This document shows, in pieces, positions 1-10,711 of a DNA stretch of 14,606 nt. Under the pieces are notes generated by a model. It saw nothing but the letters and a program-made list of their open reading frames with translations. It was not told the DNA's origin and made no database searches. How positions within the stretch are numbered: position 1 is the first letter of the stretch; each line of letters begins with the position of its first letter. The translations under genes were made by a program, and so were the position numbers. This DNA is from Candidatus Hydrogenedentota bacterium (GTDB lineage: Bacteria; Hydrogenedentota; Hydrogenedentia; Hydrogenedentales; SLHB01). The DNA is taken from NCBI GenBank assembly GCA_029974275.1, contig JARKSN010000123.1, positions 1-14,606 on the forward strand. Reading direction: 5' to 3'.

Positions 1-36
1 GACAGAGGCGATCGCCGTCGTCCCGGAATTGTGGCG

Positions 37-66
37 ATGGTACTCTGAATCGTGGGCTTGGCGCAA
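37..66 (-). promoter_or_regulatory. Possible sigma70-type promoter pointing out of the left end of the window
   Basis: Minus strand reads TTGCGC (66-61), 18 nt, TACCAT (42-37) in the gap after the stop at 146. The target gene lies outside the window. Confidence 0.3.
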
Positions 67-145
67 ATGGCGGGAAAAGGCTCTCGGAAAGTCCAGCATC
101 GAAGCCAGGCCGTTCGATGCAAGAAGGACGCCGGGGCCGCGGCGG

Positions 146-670
146 CTATTCAACCGAAAGCACGGCGACGAATTGGGCGGCGTCATCGAGCTTGAGACCC
201 GCCAGCACCAGATGGCCGCCCGGAGCCATCGAAGAAACCGCGCTTACCGCCGTCCGGGTGCGTTTTTCGCTATCGCTGACGGCGCATTCTTCAATGCGCG
301 CCTTGATGCGAACGCGGCCATCGTTCTCCTTGCTCACCGCCGTCACATAGAGAGCATAGTGCGCGGTAAGGTCAACTCCCTTTTCGGCCCCGAACGGAAC
401 ATCGATTCGCGCCTCGGTGATTTTGCGAAACGTATCGCAATTTTTGACCGACCCCAGCGCTTTGCGCAGCGGCTCGAGCTCGGCATCCAACTGCACCTCC
501 GAACGGTTCTCCTGAGTGGCGCGAAGCGCCGTAACGCTGACCGTTATCTTCTCCGGGGCGGCGCGGGCGTCGCTTTGGGCGGCAAGACCTGCCGGCAATC
601 CCAGGAGCGCCGCTGCGATGGTCAGACACCCGATGAGGCCGCGGCGAAGTCTGCAGCGATGCGTCACCAT
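146..670 (-). CDS. Secreted/periplasmic hypothetical protein (174 aa), third gene of the ECF module
   Basis: I re-called the start of track ORF 146..871 at ATG 670. It has GGAG upstream and overlaps the anti-sigma 3' end (ATGGTGA). The N-terminus MVTHRCRLRRGLIGCLTIAAALLGLPAGLAAQSDARA has basic, hydrophobic and Ala-rich segments like a signal peptide, followed by a beta-rich domain. Confidence 0.8.
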   Translation of the reverse strand: MVTHRCRLRRGLIGCLTIAAALLGLPAGLAAQSDARAAPEKITVSVTALRATQENRSEVQLDAELEPLRKALGSVKNCDTFRKITEARIDVPFGAEKGVDLTAHYALYVTAVSKENDGRVRIKARIEECAVSDSEKRTRTAVSAVSSMAPGGHLVLAGLKLDDAAQFVAVLSVE

Positions 671-1125
671 ACGTCTCCCGCCGGCACATTGACCCAAACC
701 GTGGCCGTATCCTTGTCCGAGTGCGCATCGACCGTGGCGCCCTTGATTTCCGTCGAATAGGCTTCGATCTCGGTCTGTTCCGCGCGCACCCCGGCGGGCT
801 TGCCCATCATCACCACCACGGCGCTGATAGCAACGAGCAGAACCACCGCCGCCACCGAAGCCAGCGCCCACATGCCCGGCGCGCGCCGCGGCGCTTGTTC
901 CGTCAACCGTTCATGAATGCCCGCCATGAACGCCCCGAACTGGTCATCGGCTATCTGCTGACGAACGGCGACGGCCTTGACTCCTTCACGCAAACGGCGG
1001 ATATCGGCCAGATGCCCCGCCAGTTCCGCATCGTCTGAGAACCCGCAGGCCGACTCTTCCCGTTCCGCGCCTTCTTGCCGGTCAAACCACTGCTCAACCG
1101 CTCGTTTTTTGCGAGATGTAAACAT
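664..1125 (-). CDS. Putative transmembrane anti-sigma factor (153 aa)
   Basis: Coupled to the ECF sigma gene by a TGATG overlap at 1125. It has an anti-sigma-domain-like N-terminus (VEQWFD...ELAGHLADIRRLREGV), one TM helix (MWALASVAAVVLLVAISAVVVMM) and a short extracytoplasmic beta-rich tail. Confidence 0.8.
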   Translation of the reverse strand: MFTSRKKRAVEQWFDRQEGAEREESACGFSDDAELAGHLADIRRLREGVKAVAVRQQIADDQFGAFMAGIHERLTEQAPRRAPGMWALASVAAVVLLVAISAVVVMMGKPAGVRAEQTEIEAYSTEIKGATVDAHSDKDTATVWVNVPAGDVW

Positions 1126-1766
1126 CAGTGCCGTCCTCCCGTCGCCATGCCCTTATGAAGCAATTGGGCTTGAAGCTTCCTGCGGGCGTGGTGCAGCCGG
1201 CTCATCACGGTGCCCAAACTGCATTCCATGACGTGCGCCATTTGTTCATACGACAACCCCTCAAACTCCCGCAACGTGAAGGCGATGCGATGTTTGGCCG
1301 GCAGACTGTCCAGCGCCAACAAGATCGCCTCGCCCAACTCTTGAGCTTCCAACGATTCCCGAGGATTCATCCCCGCCGCCGGAGAATCGCGCGGTTGCGC
1401 CGCATCGTCATACGCGACGGTGTCCAACCGGCGCTTCTTTACATAATCCTTGCACGTGTTCGTCGCAATCCGCAGCAACCACGTTTTGAAACTCGAATCG
1501 CCCCGAAATCCGGACAATGCCCGATGCGCCTTGATAAACACCTCCTGCGATACGTCCCACGCCTCCTCCCGGTTGCGCAAAAAATGATAGACAAGTGCAA
1601 ACACGTCGTTTCGGCGCCTCCGAACCAGTTCCTCGAACGCGCGGAGGTCGCCCGCCCGAGCTTTTTCCACAAGCGGTTGGTCCGACTCGACTTGCGAAGC
1701 AAGGCATCCGGCTCCGCTCCCCGCGTCGATCTCAAAACAACATAGCGCTTCCACAGCGACAGTCAT
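1125..1766 (-). CDS. ECF (RpoE/SigW-like) RNA polymerase sigma-70 family factor
   Basis: Region 2 motifs LVEKARAGDLRAFEELV, EEAWDVSQEVFIKAHRALSGFRGDSSFKTWLLRIATNTCKD. Region 4 motif LPAKHRIAFTLREFEGLSYEQMAHVMECSLGTVMSRLHHARRKL. SD AAGGAG lies 10 nt before the ATG. Confidence 0.95.
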   Translation of the reverse strand: MTVAVEALCCFEIDAGSGAGCLASQVESDQPLVEKARAGDLRAFEELVRRRRNDVFALVYHFLRNREEAWDVSQEVFIKAHRALSGFRGDSSFKTWLLRIATNTCKDYVKKRRLDTVAYDDAAQPRDSPAAGMNPRESLEAQELGEAILLALDSLPAKHRIAFTLREFEGLSYEQMAHVMECSLGTVMSRLHHARRKLQAQLLHKGMATGGRH

Positions 1767-1790
1767 GGCCGATCAACTCCTTACACACCC

Positions 1791-1821
1791 TATTGGACGA
1801 CGGGGCGAGGCCCCTATTCAA
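1791..1821 (-). promoter_or_regulatory. Candidate ECF-type autoregulatory promoter
   Basis: Minus strand TGAAT (1820-1816), 16 nt, CGTCCAA (1799-1793), just upstream of the sigma RBS. This resembles the usual ECF layout of a GAA(C/A) -35 and a CGT(C/A) -10. Confidence 0.55.
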
Positions 1822-1916
1822 CTTTTTCCCGGGAACGGTCCTTTGGGGACGCACGCGTTGCGCCGGGCAACCGATCGAAGTGGCCTTGCGATGCGGCGCT
1901 GCAGTAGGATGAGGCG

Positions 1917-3095
1917 ATGAAGGCGATGACGCACGATACGCAGCGGCCGCGCGTGCTGCTGCTGCACAATTTTTTGTCCCCGTACCGGTTGCCGCTGTTC
2001 GCGGAACTGGCGCGGCGCTTCGATCTCGAAGTCTGGATTCTGGGAGACGTGAAGGATATTCGGGAGTGGCCCGGCGCCGTGCCCGAAGGAGCCTTCCGTT
2101 GCCGCCTATTGCCGCATGTCGGCCTGCCGACGGGAAGTCGCGACTATCGCATTCTCCTGAACTATTCGTTGCCGTTTTTGCTGACGCATTGCGCGTACGA
2201 CGTGCTGCTGTGTTGCGGATGGGATACGCCCGCCGCGTTTTGGGCAGGCTGGACGGCGCGCGCGCGCTGCAAGCCGTTTGTTCTCTGGAGCGGCAGCACG
2301 GCGCATGAACCCAATTGGCGACGCTCCATGGCGGCGCCGCTGGTGCGAGGACTGGTGCGGCGCGCCAGCGCCTGGATCGCATACGGCACGCGCGCAAAAG
2401 AGTACCTGATCGCACAAGGCGCGGACGTATCCCGGGTTTTTTGCGCATACAACACGGTGGATATTGCTCCATTGACGCGCTACGCGGCCTGGTCCCGCGA
2501 GGAACGCAATGCCTTTCGGCGCGCGATCGGTCTCGCCACGCCGTTCGCCGTGCTGTACTCCGGGCAACTCGTTCCGCGCAAAGGGCTCGGAGACCTGTTG
2601 CCGGCATTCGTCCGCCTCGCCCAGGAGCGCAATGACGTCACCCTGATGATTGCCGGAAGCGGCGCGCACGAACGACGCTTTCGCGATCTTGCCGCGCCCG
2701 CGGGCGATCGCGTGCGGTTCCTCGGTTTTCAACAACCTTCAGAACTGGGGCCGTATTACGCCGCCTCCGATTTGATGGCGTTGCCGTCGCGCGAGGAGGT
2801 CTGGGGGCTGGTGGTGAACGAGGCGCTCGCCTGCGGCGTCCCGGCGCTCGTGACGGAGGCGGTGGGTTGCGCGCCGGACCTAGTGCGCGATGGAATAAAC
2901 GGGTATATCTGCGCGCCCGGATCGCCGCAGACCCTGTATGCCTGTTTGCGCCGGCATTTTTCGGAACAGACGGACCGCGCCGCAATGCGCCGGGCTTCGG
3001 CGGCTTCGGCGGCTCCCTTCACGATTTCCGCCATGGCCGACGCCTTTGAACAAGCTGTATCGTGCGCCATGGAGTCGGGAAACGCGATGACGTAG
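1917..3095 (+). CDS. Glycosyltransferase family 4 (GT-B fold, RfaB/RfaG-like)
   Basis: Motifs VLYSGQLVPRKG, LMIAGSG and YYAASDLMALPSREEVWGLVVNEALACGVP (E-x7-E signature), plus DLVRDGINGY. An alternative start is ATG 1926. Confidence 0.93.
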   Translation: MKAMTHDTQRPRVLLLHNFLSPYRLPLFAELARRFDLEVWILGDVKDIREWPGAVPEGAFRCRLLPHVGLPTGSRDYRILLNYSLPFLLTHCAYDVLLCCGWDTPAAFWAGWTARARCKPFVLWSGSTAHEPNWRRSMAAPLVRGLVRRASAWIAYGTRAKEYLIAQGADVSRVFCAYNTVDIAPLTRYAAWSREERNAFRRAIGLATPFAVLYSGQLVPRKGLGDLLPAFVRLAQERNDVTLMIAGSGAHERRFRDLAAPAGDRVRFLGFQQPSELGPYYAASDLMALPSREEVWGLVVNEALACGVPALVTEAVGCAPDLVRDGINGYICAPGSPQTLYACLRRHFSEQTDRAAMRRASAASAAPFTISAMADAFEQAVSCAMESGNAMT

Positions 3096-3119
3096 AAGTG
3101 AATGCGCGCCTATGCAGCA

Positions 3120-3143
3120 TTCCCGTTCGGCCTGCAACGGGGA
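3120..3143 (+). terminator. Hairpin after the GT4 stop, possibly a weak terminator
   Basis: TTCCCGTT (3120-3127) pairs with AACGGGGA (3136-3143) including one G-U pair. No U-tract follows. Confidence 0.25.
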
Positions 3144-3194
3144 CGCGGCAGTTCCAGCCCTTGCGAAGTGCGAATGCGCGCGGGTTCCGATGCG

Positions 3195-3263
3195 AAAAAA
3201 AACGAAGGAACGATAACAAAGGAACGAAAAAAGTTGACAGGTGCGGCCCGAGCTTTGTACACT
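3195..3263 (+). promoter_or_regulatory. sigma70-type promoter of gltBD with an A-rich upstream element
   Basis: TTGACA (3234-3239), 18 nt, TACACT (3258-3263). A-tracts directly upstream stand out against the GC-rich background. Confidence 0.7.
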
Positions 3264-3269
3264 TCCAGG

Positions 3270-3477
3270 CTATTCAAAACAGTTGAAGCGGCACGGAAAG
3301 GACCAACGCTCTTGCGCTTCGCACGAGGGGCGGGAGCGGACGAATTCCCGACGCGGAAGCGGGGAGCGCTACATACAGGAGTCCACATCCAGGGGTCTGG
3401 CGACGTCGAGTGCGGCGCGCCAGAGGCCAGGAGGTGCGGTCCGGGCAAACCGACACAATGTCGAAGGTATGTCGCCA
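3270..3477 (+). promoter_or_regulatory. Long structured 5' leader of gltB (candidate cis-regulatory RNA)
   Basis: About 200 nt lie between the -10 box and the first plausible ATG. Hairpins are visible by eye at 3307-3368, 3396-3424 and 3451-3463. Confidence 0.45.
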
Positions 3478-8008
<4,531 letters not shown>

Positions 8009-8022
<14 letters not shown>

Positions 8023-9496
8023 AGAGCGGGGGTTCATGACATACAAGCGGGAGCTTCCCCCCGCGCAATTACCCGACGAACGCGTGCGTCATTGGGACGA
8101 ATTTGACAGCGAGTTCACCGTGCGCGAACTTCGCGATCAAGGATACCGTTGCATGAATTGCGGCGTTCCGTTCTGCATGAGCGGCTGTCCGTTGGGCAAT
8201 CAGATTCCCGATTTCAACGACATGGTCAAGGACGACGCCTGGGAAGCCGCACTGGACATTTTGCACTCGACCAACAATTTTCCCGAGTTCACAGGGCGCG
8301 TATGTCCAGCGCCGTGCGAGGCTTCCTGCGTGCTCGGAATTATCGAGCCGCAGGTGACGATCAAGCTCATCGAGCACGCGATCGGCGATCGGGGCTGGCG
8401 CGAAGGCTGGATCAAGCCGCAGCCGCCTGAAGTGCGCACGCAAAAACGCGTCGCGGTCATCGGCGCGGGCCCGGCAGGTCTTGCCGCCGCGCAACAACTG
8501 AATCGCGCCGGACACTGGGTGACCGTGTACGAGCGATCCGACGAGCCCGGCGGCCTGCTGCAGTACGGCATTCCGGACTTCAAACTCGAAAAAGTCTATG
8601 TCCGCCGCCGCATCGAGCAGATGAAATCCGAAGGCATCGAGTTCAAATGCGGAGCGTGGGTCGGCAAGGACATCGCCGCTCCGGACCTAGTGGAGCAATA
8701 CGACGCGACGCTGCTCACGATCGGCTCGACAAAGCCAAGGGACATCGACGTTCCGGGGCGCGAATTGGGCGGAGTCCATTTCGCCTTGGAATTTCTGACG
8801 CAGCAGAACAGGCGCCTTGCCGGCAAGATGATTCATGAAAGAGAAATCCTGGCTCGCGGCAAGAACGTGGTTGTGCTAGGCGGAGGCGACACCGGTTCGG
8901 ATTGCGTGGGAACCAGCCTGCGTCAAGGCGCGAAAAACGTCCGATCGTTCGAACTGCTGCCCCGTCCGCCCGAAGGAAAAAATCCCGAAACGCCATGGCC
9001 GTTGTGGCCTGTCATCCTGCGCACCTCGTCGAGCTACGAAGAGGGCGGCGCGCGCGATTGGTCCATTCTCACCAAGGGGTTCTCCGGCGAGAATGGCAAC
9101 GTGAAGAAATTGCACGGCGTCCGCCTCGAATGGAGCGCCCCGGACCCGCAAGGACGCCGCAAAATGGAGGAAATTCCCGGAACGGAATTCGAGGTCGAGT
9201 GCGATCTCGTTCTATTGGCGCTGGGGTTTCTCCATCCCGAGCACGACATCGCCACCCAACTGGGCCTCGAACTCGATGGACGCGGCAACATCAAGGCCGA
9301 CTACGGCAGGTACGTCACCAGCAACCCGAAAGTCTTCGCGGCAGGCGATGCCCGGCGAGGACAATCGCTGGTCGTATGGGCCATCCACGAAGGCCGCGAG
9401 GCGGCACGCGCCATCGACATCGCGCTCATGGGCCGTTCCGATTTGCCCTCTGCCTTCTCGCATGGCTACGACGCCTTGTCGATCGGAAAAGCGTAA
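8009..9496 (+). CDS. gltD: Glutamate synthase small subunit
   Basis: Overlaps gltB by 14 nt, with SD AAGGAG. Fe-S motifs RCMNCGVPFCMSGCP and GRVCPAPCEASC, FAD-binding GAGPAG, pyridine-nucleotide-binding GGGDTGSDC, and C-terminal VFAAGDARRGQSLVVWAIHEGR. Confidence 0.98.
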
Positions 9497-9502
9497 GAGA
9501 TG

Positions 9503-9541
9503 AAAAGCCGGGAAGTCCTTCTTGAGATGAAGGACTTCCCG
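9503..9541. terminator. Intrinsic terminator-like hairpin between convergent gltD and murB
   Basis: Perfect 13-bp inverted repeat CGGGAAGTCCTTC (9509-9521) / GAAGGACTTCCCG (9529-9541) with a 7-nt loop. A short U-run (GCTTTT) follows only on the minus strand. Confidence 0.75.
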
Positions 9542-9694
9542 AAAGTCGTTCCCAAAACCGCCTGGCCGCATTTTGCGCGCATCTCGCCCGGATTTTTCAC
9601 AAGCACTATTTCGCCTTGAGGAGACAAACGCGACACTAGGCAGGGCCCGACGTTTCAGGAACGTCATGTCGGTGAAGATCGCCCCGTTCGTCCA

Positions 9695-10591
9695 CTACGC
9701 GAGATCAACAACGACGCCATTCCGGATGATGACGACTTCTTCCTGCAGGTCTACGCCGTGGCGTTCGCGAACGGCGCTCTTGCTGAGTTGAATGAGCTGC
9801 AAAACGTCGTCGAACGTGGCGTGGCGATCGTTCATGATGAAATTCGCGTGCATGGGGCTGATGATCGCGCCGCCGCAGCGCGTCCCCTTGAGCCCGCAGG
9901 ACTCGATTAACCGTCCGGCGTGATCGTTGGGCGGATTCTTGAACACGCTGCCACAGCAATCGCCCTGAGGTTGTTTCTCTTGGCGGCGTTGAAGGTAATG
10001 ATCATACACCGCGCGTTCCTCGCGAAACGAAGGGCGAAAACGGAAAGTTCCGCACAAGACAAGGCCCCCGCGCGGACAGAAAGTTTGCCCCCGATAACCG
10101 TAGATTTCCGGCGTGACGCGAATGGTCGCGCGCCCCGAGGGCGTCATCACTTCGACCTCGTCAAGCCATTCGCACGTGGAACCGTTGACGGTTCCCGCGT
10201 TCATGAAGATCGCGCCGCCAACCGTTCCCGGAATGCCGGCCAAACTGCCCACGCCATCGTAATTGCGTTCCAACATGACCTCGCGCACCAAACGGTCCAA
10301 CACAACGCCCGATTCGACGCGATACCGATCCTCTCCGAGCGCAACGATGCCTTCGAGGCGCGTGGTGATCAGGACCGTCCCCGCAAAGCCTTGGTCGTCG
10401 ATCAGCACATTGGATCCGCCGCCCAGCACCAGCCGCGGGCCAGCCTGCGCCATCATCCAGGCATACGCGGCGCATGCTTCATCCAGCGTTCGCGGCGACA
10501 ACGCGAGACGCGCCGGGCCGCCGATCCGATACCGAGTCAGCGGCGCGAGCGGCACGTTCTCTTGGGCGAATTCAAACGGAAATGCGATCAT
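9695..10591 (-). CDS. murB: UDP-N-acetylmuramate dehydrogenase (UDP-N-acetylenolpyruvoylglucosamine reductase)
   Basis: Motifs LAPLTRYRIGGPA, LGGGSNVL, GIPGTVGGAIFMNAG, KQPQGDCCGSVFKNP, AGRLIESCGLKG, SPMHANFIMN and LQEEV. Length ~300 aa matches the short (S. aureus-like) class. Start is ATG 10591 or TTG 10603. Confidence 0.95.
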   Translation of the reverse strand: MIAFPFEFAQENVPLAPLTRYRIGGPARLALSPRTLDEACAAYAWMMAQAGPRLVLGGGSNVLIDDQGFAGTVLITTRLEGIVALGEDRYRVESGVVLDRLVREVMLERNYDGVGSLAGIPGTVGGAIFMNAGTVNGSTCEWLDEVEVMTPSGRATIRVTPEIYGYRGQTFCPRGGLVLCGTFRFRPSFREERAVYDHYLQRRQEKQPQGDCCGSVFKNPPNDHAGRLIESCGLKGTRCGGAIISPMHANFIMNDRHATFDDVLQLIQLSKSAVRERHGVDLQEEVVIIRNGVVVDLA

Positions 10592-10660
10592 GTTTTGTGG
10601 CAAACGAAAAACGCCTCAGCGGATTGCTCGTGACAGACAGTTGCCGAAACTCCTCGAAAA

Positions 10661-10689
10661 AGACTACCAGAAATCGCCGCGCATTGGAA
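10661..10689 (-). promoter_or_regulatory. Possible internal murB promoter (extended -10)
   Basis: Minus strand TTCCAA (10689-10684), 17 nt ending in TGG, then TAGTCT (10666-10661), in the gap upstream of murB. Confidence 0.3.
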
Positions 10690-10711
10690 AGAAAACCAAG
10701 GGGGCAGGGGG

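Noticed and set aside
29..1745. Plus-strand ORFs 29..760, 721..1038 and 1128..1745
   Set aside because: They are antisense to the well-supported ECF module, Arg/Pro-rich and lack motifs.
3124..3212. glnA (glutamine-I) riboswitch-like ends: CGTTC (3124-3128), GGCAGTT (3147-3153) and GAAG-GAACG (3204-3212) upstream of gltB
   Set aside because: The context is attractive, but the P2/P3 stems do not form, the core differs from GGAAGTA, the span is too long, and it lies upstream of the predicted promoter. An Infernal search with the Rfam glnA model would settle it.
3241..3468. 76-codon N-terminal extension of GltB in the ORF track
   Set aside because: The GTG lies between the -35 and -10 boxes, and the translation is not GltB-like. 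GltB propeptides begin shortly before the GMYEP...EHDAC motif.
3443..3470. GGGCAAACC followed by a hairpin, resembling the start of a c-di-GMP-I riboswitch
   Set aside because: There is no GNRA-capped stem, no following GACGCAAA junction and no second stem.
9647..9672. Small hairpin GACGTT/AACGTC downstream of murB
   Set aside because: The stem is short with no U-tract. The 13-bp hairpin at 9509-9541 is the better terminator candidate.
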